A stretch of DNA of 64,000 bases, taken from a virus. Both the position numbers and the translations under genes were made by a program. The stretch covers positions 32,001 to 96,000 of IMG/VR virus record IMGVR_UViG_3300009506_000001; one strand, given 5' to 3'. Position 1 is the first letter of the stretch. Every line of letters starts with the position of its first letter. Shown here one piece after another: positions 56,690 to 64,000 of this stretch. Under the pieces are notes generated by a model. That model did not search any database and was not told the origin of the DNA. It worked only from the letters and a program-made list of their open reading frames with translations.

Positions 56690-57922
56690 TTACCCAAGTT
56701 TAATTAGGCCGGAGGTATAGGAATTTGAGCTAGTTTGGGTCAAAACACTATTACGTAATCCTGGCGAACTGTCCGATTTTGTGCTGATGTGTATCCAGGG
56801 GTTTCTGGCAAACCATTCGAGGATCAGCTGATCAAACTTAATGTTATCTCGAATATATTGTGCACGGGAGTAGTAGGTATCACCAGTTGAGGCTGTTCCA
56901 TGAATGTCAAGGAACTGTATATCAGCAGCCTGCCCTAGGTCGTGTTGGCTACTACCGGAACCATTTCGCCATCCAGATGTAATTACCATTGTGTGTGTTG
57001 GTGTTGGACTACCGGCATCGATAGCAGTTAAACCATACGTGGTGTCATCACTATTTCTGTAGAGTGCGTATATTGGTTCAAGTACAGTATTAGCGAGATA
57101 GCAGAGGTTTCGAAGAATCTCTTTTTGTGTTAGTCCACACGCCTGTGTAACAGAGGATGTAAACTCATAGCTACTAACAAATGCATCAACAGTTAGATCT
57201 GCTAAAGTGAAATTAGCTGAGAGCTGCACCTCAGGCCACGTTCCAGGGGTTCGAGCCCAAGTTGCAAAGGTTGGTGGTTGTGGTGAACCAGTTGGGTGCG
57301 ATGCCCAGTTAAAATTATCGGGGAGTGCCTCAATCACAGCACATGTATAAGGAGTCGGTGTATTTGAGACCGTTGTATTATCTGTGGCAAGCACCTCAAC
57401 TGGTCGAGGTGTTGTATTGGGAGGTAGGTTAGGAGGTGAGCCAACATTTAGTGGATCGTCATTGTGGACAACGACATGTGCATCTGCTCGTGTAAAGTTT
57501 TCCTTTGTTTGAATCGTGTTCACATTTAAAGGAGACCCGTAAGGAAGAGCTGTTAGACCATCGGTACTACCGTACGAGTTCATTGGTGGATTGTGGTCAG
57601 CAATTGCACCAGCACCACCAGCACACAAAAATACATTGCTTGAACCACCAACACGAGTGTGTCCGCAAGAGTCCACATTTCCAGTAAAGTTTACTTTATC
57701 AGTTACACCAGCACCACCGGCAAAGACCGTTGGACAGCCTTGTTGTGTTACCCAGTTACCTGCACAGTGGATGTTGCCATGATCACAGGCACTGTCAGAG
57801 GTGCCAACGGAACCGTCAATGGCAACAAGCAGTGTATTTGCATAAACGGTTGTATTTGGCGATACATTATTAATTGCACCACCTGCACTATTGGCATCGC
57901 CTATTCGTTGAATTGCTGGCAT
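56690..57922 (-). CDS. PAAR-like spike-tip protein fused to a peptidase M15-family domain
   Basis: N-terminal MPAIQRIGD...H...DSCGH...GSSNVF; C-terminal LSANFTL.DL, ITSGWR..SSQHDLGQAAD, DQLILE..WIHIS. Confidence 0.85.
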   Translation of the reverse strand: MPAIQRIGDANSAGGAINNVSPNTTVYANTLLVAIDGSVGTSDSACDHGNIHCAGNWVTQQGCPTVFAGGAGVTDKVNFTGNVDSCGHTRVGGSSNVFLCAGGAGAIADHNPPMNSYGSTDGLTALPYGSPLNVNTIQTKENFTRADAHVVVHNDDPLNVGSPPNLPPNTTPRPVEVLATDNTTVSNTPTPYTCAVIEALPDNFNWASHPTGSPQPPTFATWARTPGTWPEVQLSANFTLADLTVDAFVSSYEFTSSVTQACGLTQKEILRNLCYLANTVLEPIYALYRNSDDTTYGLTAIDAGSPTPTHTMVITSGWRNGSGSSQHDLGQAADIQFLDIHGTASTGDTYYSRAQYIRDNIKFDQLILEWFARNPWIHISTKSDSSPGLRNSVLTQTSSNSYTSGLIKLG

Positions 57923-57936
57923 GGTTTCTCCTGGTC

Positions 57937-57952
57937 AATAAATATATTTATC
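57937..57952. promoter_or_regulatory. Face-to-face pair of late promoters forming a palindrome
   Basis: ATAAATATATTTAT at 57938-57951 between divergent genes. Confidence 0.65.
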
Positions 57953-57981
57953 AGGGAAAGACACATTCAAAGGAGTTGAAT

Positions 57982-58377
57982 ATGGAAAAGGGTAATAAAA
58001 TGGCAGATATAGATTCGTGGCGGAAATTTCATCTTGCGATCGCTGAGTGGATTGATGCCTGGCGTTTGATTCCTCGTGCGGTGGTTATTTTGTTTGGGTT
58101 CGGTGCCGCTCACGTTACGAAATGGTATATGGGTTTGCATCCATATATTCTTGAGGGATGTGTTGAAGCTGGTGGGAAGGTTTCTGAGTGTATCGTCCAG
58201 GCACCCACAACACAGCATACAGCGCTGCTTTCTGCATTGTTTGCATTGGCAGCAGCTGTGTTTGCATTCTATTCAAATGCAGGTCGTAAGTGGAACGGAT
58301 TCAGTCACTGGAACAAACCAGAGAGCAAAGAACGTAAGGCACCAAAGCCACAGGATGACGAACCAAGTGGTGGTTAA
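57982..58377 (+). CDS. Two-TM membrane protein, putative holin
   Basis: IDAWRLIPR followed by two hydrophobic helices and a charged C-terminus; AAGGAG RBS. Confidence 0.55.
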   Translation: MEKGNKMADIDSWRKFHLAIAEWIDAWRLIPRAVVILFGFGAAHVTKWYMGLHPYILEGCVEAGGKVSECIVQAPTTQHTALLSALFALAAAVFAFYSNAGRKWNGFSHWNKPESKERKAPKPQDDEPSGG

Positions 58378-59366
58378 CGGCTAAGCAGGTCCGTGAACTG
58401 TTCTAAATTTTCGGCAATCTTGGACATTTCATATTTGCCCAAGAACTTCATGAACTGAAAGTAGTTGAACTTGCCAGGATTCTCGACTTCTTTGAGAATT
58501 TCGGTGAACATTGCTGCACGGATGTTTTCGGGCTGGTTGCGTAGATTCATCAGCAGCATGCCTTCGTTGAGCATATCCTTCACAACACGCTCTACAGGCT
58601 GTCCATCTTTTGTGTCTGTCCATGTCTCGTGGAGCAGTTTGTTCCGCTCATAATCATCTTCATACGCTTTCAGAATACGTGTCCAACGGATGCCAGGACG
58701 TGCTGACTGAACATGATCGCCAGCATCACCTTTGAGACCCTTGCACCACAGGAAGAAATCCACAGACTTGTGGTCTTCGGGAATGTTGATCTTACCAGTT
58801 TTGTCTTTGAGACAATCACGGATTGCACTTTCAATCGTGATTTGTTTGCCATCGAAAGGATCATATTGAACGACGTTCGGGAAGAACGTATCACGTCCTC
58901 GGCCAAGGTTCTGGGCAAGATCTCGGTCACGGCTGACAATGATGATCTCATCTTCGCCATCTTCGCCGTAAGCCTCTACGAAACCTGCAACCAGATCGTC
59001 CGCCTCGAGTTCGTTACCAGCAAGACAAATAACGCTGGTGTGCTTCCGCATTAGGTCTTCGAATTCGTCAACGTGTTCTTTGAAGCGTTCGAACTTCTCC
59101 TGCTCCTTTGGTGTCATGTTGAGACGACGGTTGCCCTTGTACTTTTTCGAGGTTAGAGCCTCCTCAGATGCGGTGTATGTCTTACGCCAACTGTGCCGGT
59201 CGAATGCCATCACAACACGGTCAGGACGAAACTTCTTGTAGAACTTGTTCATGCTCATTAGTCCTGTGTGGTGAGCAAGCCCAGTACTTGTGTCTACATC
59301 GTGCTGTTTGTTAGCGAAGAACGTACGGTATAGCACGTTCGAAATATCAAAAACAAGGTACTTCAT
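58374..59366 (-). CDS. rnh: RNase H / 5'-3' exonuclease
   Basis: FDISN, SWRK, YKGNR, LEADD, SRDRD, GDAGD. Confidence 0.88.
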   Translation of the reverse strand: MKYLVFDISNVLYRTFFANKQHDVDTSTGLAHHTGLMSMNKFYKKFRPDRVVMAFDRHSWRKTYTASEEALTSKKYKGNRRLNMTPKEQEKFERFKEHVDEFEDLMRKHTSVICLAGNELEADDLVAGFVEAYGEDGEDEIIIVSRDRDLAQNLGRGRDTFFPNVVQYDPFDGKQITIESAIRDCLKDKTGKINIPEDHKSVDFFLWCKGLKGDAGDHVQSARPGIRWTRILKAYEDDYERNKLLHETWTDTKDGQPVERVVKDMLNEGMLLMNLRNQPENIRAAMFTEILKEVENPGKFNYFQFMKFLGKYEMSKIAENLEQFTDLLSR

Positions 59367-59761
59367 TATTCGTTCTCGTTGTATTGGTCGTCAGCCATAT
59401 CTTCTGCTACCTGCTTAGCAAGCACAGCGACGTAGCGTTGGATAACGGCATTGTCATCGACGCCAGTGTATCCATTGTCACGGAGATGCTTTACAAAAGC
59501 ATCATTCCAGTCGAGGTCAATCTTGATGCCTTTTTCGGGGTCTTGGACGATACCTTTGATCTCGACCCATGGTTCCTCAGAGGCCTTCATTCGAGCAGCC
59601 TCTTCTTCACGAGCCTTTTCCTCGGCAGCTAGACGAGCACGCTCTTCTTCACGAGCCCTTTTTTCAGCTTCAGCAATTTCCTTGCGACGCCTTTCGTCCT
59701 CTTCACGAATCTCAGCGAGAAGCTCATCTTTTAGTGTTTTTCTGCTTTTCCATCCGAACAT
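59366..59761 (-). CDS. Hypothetical protein
   Basis: Coiled coil followed by EPWV...LDWNDAFV..L...GY.G. Confidence 0.7.
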   Translation of the reverse strand: MFGWKSRKTLKDELLAEIREEDERRRKEIAEAEKRAREEERARLAAEEKAREEEAARMKASEEPWVEIKGIVQDPEKGIKIDLDWNDAFVKHLRDNGYTGVDDNAVIQRYVAVLAKQVAEDMADDQYNENE

Positions 59762-59946
59762 TGTTGGTTCCTTATATGAATCTTTTTAAGTGCTTCCAAC
59801 TGTCGTTTGGCCCTACAACATTTAAGCAGTTCCTCAGATGAGCAGGAAATAACCCCAGGACCAGAGATCCGAACTGACTTCTTGTGTGGACATTCCTTAG
59901 AAGGATCTTCCTCACAACGTGTGTTGTATAGACGTTCGTCTGACAT
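59731..59946 (-). CDS. Small Cys-rich hypothetical protein
   Basis: Starts right after the clamp stop codon. Confidence 0.45.
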   Translation of the reverse strand: MSDERLYNTRCEEDPSKECPHKKSVRISGPGVISCSSEELLKCCRAKRQLEALKKIHIRNQQCSDGKAEKH

Positions 59947-59947
59947 C

Positions 59948-60652
59948 TTATACCTTTGGAAGTACGTAGACTCCTAGACCACTGACCTTGACGAGCATGG
60001 TGCCTTTTCCGCCGACGCTGAAATGATCAACAGAACTATCCTTAAACAGAGCCAGGAGTGTCTTTACAGGGTACTTATACGTAAATTTACCTTCGCTTCC
60101 CTCTGTGAGCGGTGTTGCTTTTTCAGCAAACTGGTGCTCAAACGTGTCATTGTTCACGTCAACCAGCGAGAAATGCACTCCGTCTCCGTCGCTGTGAAAC
60201 TCGACAAGGTCAGAGCCCATTGCAGCAGCACCTTTCTGGAGTAGCTTGACAGCCTCTGCTGTGACATCTACACGAGCACTTGGTTCGTCATTAATGACAC
60301 GAGGAGCACGGATCGTTGTTGGGTTGGCACACCGATAATCAACTTTGGTGCCTTTTGCTTTCAGTGTTAGGGACCGAACGAATCCTTTGTCGCTGCCATC
60401 CATCACAGCCTCGACTGCAAACCCGTCTAGGTCTTTAACAACATCCAGACGCTGTAGAAATACATCTGTACGATTCAGGCCAATCGAGCCAATTTCCAAT
60501 TCAGGGACCTCCTTTTCAAGAAGAACGACTGTGTGGTTATCGGCAAGGCCTCGTACACTTTCAGGATCGATGATGATGCTGTCAATATCAACGATACCAG
60601 CAGTGTGGACAACATTCTGAATAAAGGAAAGGGTTTCATCGGATAGTTTCAT
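59948..60652 (-). CDS. gp45: DNA polymerase sliding clamp
   Basis: 234 aa, MKLSDETL start, two-domain clamp size; near the polymerase gene. Confidence 0.7.
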   Translation of the reverse strand: MKLSDETLSFIQNVVHTAGIVDIDSIIIDPESVRGLADNHTVVLLEKEVPELEIGSIGLNRTDVFLQRLDVVKDLDGFAVEAVMDGSDKGFVRSLTLKAKGTKVDYRCANPTTIRAPRVINDEPSARVDVTAEAVKLLQKGAAAMGSDLVEFHSDGDGVHFSLVDVNNDTFEHQFAEKATPLTEGSEGKFTYKYPVKTLLALFKDSSVDHFSVGGKGTMLVKVSGLGVYVLPKV

Positions 60653-60690
60653 TGTTATTATCTCTTATTGTTAGTTTGGTCTTAACTATA

Positions 60691-61101
60691 CTAAAATTGA
60701 AGCAAATTGTCAACCACATCCTGTTGCTTTTGTTCTTCAAGCTCTTTTGGGTTTTTCCATTCTTGAATTAGAAAACCGTGCTTTCGTTTAACCCATTCAG
60801 CGAAAACGTGCCGATGACAAAAGTCGGTAGGTGTTTCATAACACAGGAAGTATGTTGGATGTGGCCAGGAGTTCAACCAGTTGAGCCATCCCATGCTGAG
60901 TTCCAGTCTGTTTAGCTGGGCTAAGTACTGCCGTGCATATTCTTCTTCGCTAATGCGACCCTCTTTCACGCCGCAGATCATGTCCCATGTTGGGGCAATA
61001 ATTTTTAGGTGTGGCCCTTTAAACCAATCAGGGGGTCTGCGGCTAATTGAAACCGCGTTTGGGTCTGTTCCCTTACGAGCGTAATTAGATGTGTAGATCA
61101 T
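60691..61101 (-). CDS. DUF488-like protein
   Basis: MIYTSNY, SIS..PP.W, LAP-like IAPTW, LCYE...FCHRH..AEW. Confidence 0.75.
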   Translation of the reverse strand: MIYTSNYARKGTDPNAVSISRRPPDWFKGPHLKIIAPTWDMICGVKEGRISEEEYARQYLAQLNRLELSMGWLNWLNSWPHPTYFLCYETPTDFCHRHVFAEWVKRKHGFLIQEWKNPKELEEQKQQDVVDNLLQF

Positions 61102-61316
61102 TCTTTATCTCGAACAACCAGGGCAAGTGCACACATGGCACTGTAACGCATGTCCCTTATGCGAGGGTTATTGATGGCCTCTTCCATTTTTTCGACCATC
61201 ATTAGTATGCTCTTTCGAAGAAAGTCCTCATCGACGTCCTGACGTTCGGTCAGTGCACCAAGCACCTTCATGTCGTTACAAACGATCGCCGCCACTTTCT
61301 GGTATTCGTCAACCAT
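61098..61316 (-). CDS. Hypothetical protein
   Basis: Coupled to the polymerase stop and the next start. Confidence 0.6.
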   Translation of the reverse strand: MVDEYQKVAAIVCNDMKVLGALTERQDVDEDFLRKSILMMVEKMEEAINNPRIRDMRYSAMCALALVVRDKE

Positions 61317-63868
61317 TAGAACCCTAGTAAATCTTCTACAACAAGCGATTGTGCTGTTGGTACTTCTTTACCAATAGCCTTGATAATGTTACCCAGTGGA
61401 TTGTCAACAAGTCGTTCAATGTGCATTTGTCGATTGATTGTGAAGTTCTCCAAGAACCACTCCGGTACATCGTGCAAGTCAGTTGGAAGTGCAATGCTCT
61501 TGAACTTGCCGTACTTCTTCGTTAGGTAGAAAACCTTAATCTTCATACCAGACGTAATTGCACCGCTAACACGATCGCCGTGCTGCTCGATCATCTTGTT
61601 GTAGTGAATTGCTGCAGCAACATGCCCAGGCAAACGAGTATTCGGATCATGTTCAAGGTTGGTTGTGTATTCCTCAACCTTGTTGACGCCTTTAGGAAGA
61701 CCAATCGCCATAATGTCATCGGTGGTTTCAATGTAGTGCTTGAATTCAACAATATCGTTAGCGATATCGGCCCATTCTTCGCCCTTGAGCAACCGACCCA
61801 CGTATTCATTCAACTTTTTACCAACAGCAGGTGGAATTGTTGTTTTCTTTGTGTCCAAGCCCATAACTTTGAGCTTATCAACCTTCTCGCCTTCGTTGTC
61901 GATTACACGAAGGATGTAGCGTTTCTTTTCAACGAAGATCCCACGAGAAGCGACAACTTCTCGACCAGCCTTGATAATATCATCGAACCCTGGCTGACAC
62001 AAGAACGTCTCACGCATGAATTCCTGGAACGATGCTGTGACCTTTTCGCCAGCAGCATCAGCAATCACAACAGCCTCTTCAGCATTCTCGGCAAACAAGG
62101 CAAAGTATGTGGAGTCTGTGTCACCATATAGAACAGCCTCACCGCTAGCATCATATACACCAGTCATCACTTCGTTCGTTTTTGCACACTGATGTCGAAG
62201 GATAGCACGACCTGTGCCAGTTGTACTCTCGCCCATACGTAAGTCAGAATACCTGAAGTATGCGTTGTTGAGAGCACCGTACAAGCTGTTTAGCTTGATC
62301 TTGTATACGTATTGTAACCGGTCATAATACGACTTCTTGCCTTTGTCCTCTGCCTCTGCTTTCAGTGCCTGATATTTCTTACGAGTAGCGTACCAGTCTT
62401 CAAGTATGGCTGGAATGATGCCTTTCTTCTCCTGTGAGAAGACAGTACCGAACCCACTGATGGCCCATTTACGTTCTCGCATTACAGAACGCCACTCTTC
62501 GCCCGTGTATTCTTCTTCGGAGCCATCTTCGTAGGCAAGAACTAACGTCACCATTGTCCCTTTAGCAATGTTCTCGGCCGCCTTCGCACAGTCGTCAAAC
62601 TGACCAATGAGCGTTTCAGGACTAATATTGATAGAGCGAATAGCAGAAGGATACAGCGAATTGATGTCGATTGATCCAATCCAATCATGCATACCTGTCT
62701 TTGGTTCGAGCACAAACGCCCCTGCAATACTGCCCTGCTCGGGATCACCCATGTCAGGAAAACGCATGTCCATCTCATGCACAATGTAGTTGTTGATAGC
62801 AAGCTCAGCGAGTTTTAGTGTGCCTGTAACATGCTTCCACAACCCAGTAGAAAGGTGGTACATTTCATTTGCCAGAGCAACGTATCCTAGCTTTTCTTCA
62901 AACCCCTTTAGGACCTCCGTGTCACGAAGGTTGTATCGACAGAACCAAGCAAAGTCATTTCGATACAAATCAGCCAAGGTGCCATTGTATTCCAACTTTG
63001 GTAGGTCAGGAAGCATTTCGTCGGCAATCGATTCCAACTTGTACGAAGGACGTTCAGCCATCTCATACTTCTTGAATAGAGCAAGATAGTCACAGCTGAT
63101 ACGACCATGAAGGTCAATTGTTGTGTTAGTGCGACCGAACATCTCAACTTCACGATACTTAGGGCGTCCAGCATGTGGGAATGACAACATGTCGAAGTAC
63201 TTCATGCCAAGCGTGCGTTCAAGGCGTTTCGCTATATAAGGTACGTCGAAGAAGTCACTGTTCCAACCTGCAATGAGGTCAGCATCTTCAATCTCGCCAA
63301 TAATGCTGAGAAGCAATTCTTTTTCGTTTTCGCAGAGGTAAACTTCGATCTCTGTGTCATCTGGATACTCCTCGATCTCGTTCATCTTCTTGGAGAGAGA
63401 TTCTTCGGTCCAGGTTTGACCGTCAGGAGGAACCGCGTACAACACCATCCTATGTTCCCATTGGTGATACATAGCGATGGAGTTGATTGGAGCGTAAGGG
63501 TTATCAACGCTAGAGAACCCTATCTCGGTATTGTAATCAACCTCAATATCAAGAAAGGTGATATGGAGCTTGGGAGCTGGAACCTGATAGTACCGCTCGG
63601 AAAGAAACTTTAGTTCGGGTGGAAGATCTGACTCGAACATTTCAACACCACTGCCACGACATTCACTACGAGCGGCGTTGTATTCTTCGTTTGTTGCAAA
63701 ATCGTGACGAGTGAGTTTGTCACCGTAAATGCTTACGTGCTTACCTTTGGGATCTTTCGTGAAGAAATAGTACGGAGCACGGTGATTGTTAAGAGTTCTT
63801 TCACCGTCCTCCGTACGTTCCCAAACAATGATATCGTCGCCCTTTCGGACAGCAGATATGTAGCTCAT
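61316..63868 (-). CDS. gp43: Family B DNA polymerase
   Basis: DIEVD exonuclease I, YNLRD, SIDINSLYPS, KIKLNSLYG, YGDTDS, KKRY. Confidence 0.97.
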   Translation of the reverse strand: MSYISAVRKGDDIIVWERTEDGERTLNNHRAPYYFFTKDPKGKHVSIYGDKLTRHDFATNEEYNAARSECRGSGVEMFESDLPPELKFLSERYYQVPAPKLHITFLDIEVDYNTEIGFSSVDNPYAPINSIAMYHQWEHRMVLYAVPPDGQTWTEESLSKKMNEIEEYPDDTEIEVYLCENEKELLLSIIGEIEDADLIAGWNSDFFDVPYIAKRLERTLGMKYFDMLSFPHAGRPKYREVEMFGRTNTTIDLHGRISCDYLALFKKYEMAERPSYKLESIADEMLPDLPKLEYNGTLADLYRNDFAWFCRYNLRDTEVLKGFEEKLGYVALANEMYHLSTGLWKHVTGTLKLAELAINNYIVHEMDMRFPDMGDPEQGSIAGAFVLEPKTGMHDWIGSIDINSLYPSAIRSINISPETLIGQFDDCAKAAENIAKGTMVTLVLAYEDGSEEEYTGEEWRSVMRERKWAISGFGTVFSQEKKGIIPAILEDWYATRKKYQALKAEAEDKGKKSYYDRLQYVYKIKLNSLYGALNNAYFRYSDLRMGESTTGTGRAILRHQCAKTNEVMTGVYDASGEAVLYGDTDSTYFALFAENAEEAVVIADAAGEKVTASFQEFMRETFLCQPGFDDIIKAGREVVASRGIFVEKKRYILRVIDNEGEKVDKLKVMGLDTKKTTIPPAVGKKLNEYVGRLLKGEEWADIANDIVEFKHYIETTDDIMAIGLPKGVNKVEEYTTNLEHDPNTRLPGHVAAAIHYNKMIEQHGDRVSGAITSGMKIKVFYLTKKYGKFKSIALPTDLHDVPEWFLENFTINRQMHIERLVDNPLGNIIKAIGKEVPTAQSLVVEDLLGF

Positions 63869-64000
63869 TTACGCAGCATCCTCGTCTTCTTTGCGGCCTT
63901 CAACAAGGGTTTCGTACAGGATCGAAAACTCTTCATTCTCTGCCTGAACATCTGCGTAGTTGTGTTTGTACATGGTGCTGGCGATCTTGCGAATCATCTT
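63869..64000 (-). CDS. dsbA: Double-stranded DNA-binding protein DsbA-like (3' end only)
   Basis: Manual translation KMIRKIASTMYKHNYADVQAENEEFSILYETLV... Confidence 0.6.
   Translation of the reverse strand, partial: KMIRKIASTMYKHNYADVQAENEEFSILYETLVEGRKEDEDAA

Noticed and set aside
1596-57922. GSP sites as a dispersed DNA repeat or mini mobile element
   Set aside because: Codons differ at all three positions (TCN and AGY serines) and the flanks are unrelated; conservation is at the protein level only.
61316-63868. Intein or intron in the DNA polymerase
   Set aside because: A single 850-aa ORF with normally spaced motifs.
1-64000. Stop-codon reassignment
   Set aside because: Long genes are intact in the standard code, and TAA, TAG and TGA all occur at plausible gene ends.
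1-64000. CRISPR array, tRNA or rRNA genes
   Set aside because: No spaced direct repeats or cloverleaf motifs seen; intergenic space is minimal.

Overview
This 64 kb window is part of a large T4-related (Tevenvirinae-like or jumbo) myovirus genome, densely coding in the standard genetic code. It holds most of the morphogenesis module: tail tube, sheath, terminator, neck, major capsid, scaffold, protease, portal, tape measure, baseplate, spike, a 3016-aa wedge-type protein and small fibre-like proteins. These are driven by T4-type late promoters (TAAATA core). Replication and recombination genes are interleaved: DinG-type helicase, RuvC, gp46/gp47, late sigma, RNase H, sliding clamp, family B polymerase and DsbA. 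The main unexplained signal is the tripeptide Gly-Ser-Pro. By manual count it occurs about 38 times in 14 putative surface-exposed virion proteins, with freely varying codons and as loop insertions, and it is almost absent from buried or non-virion proteins. This suggests a virion-wide post-translational modification tag (for example glycosylation) or docking tag. Other notable points: a likely -1 frameshift joining gp26-like and gp51-like chaperones; a stand-alone copy of the portal clip motif next to RuvC; a PAAR-peptidase M15 spike tip; a late sigma with a histone-like tail; a shared C-terminal clamp-binding motif on a DUF488-like protein; and capsid-targeting-like leaders on a cupin and a nucleotidyltransferase. 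All assignments come from motif recognition and synteny; no database searches were run.
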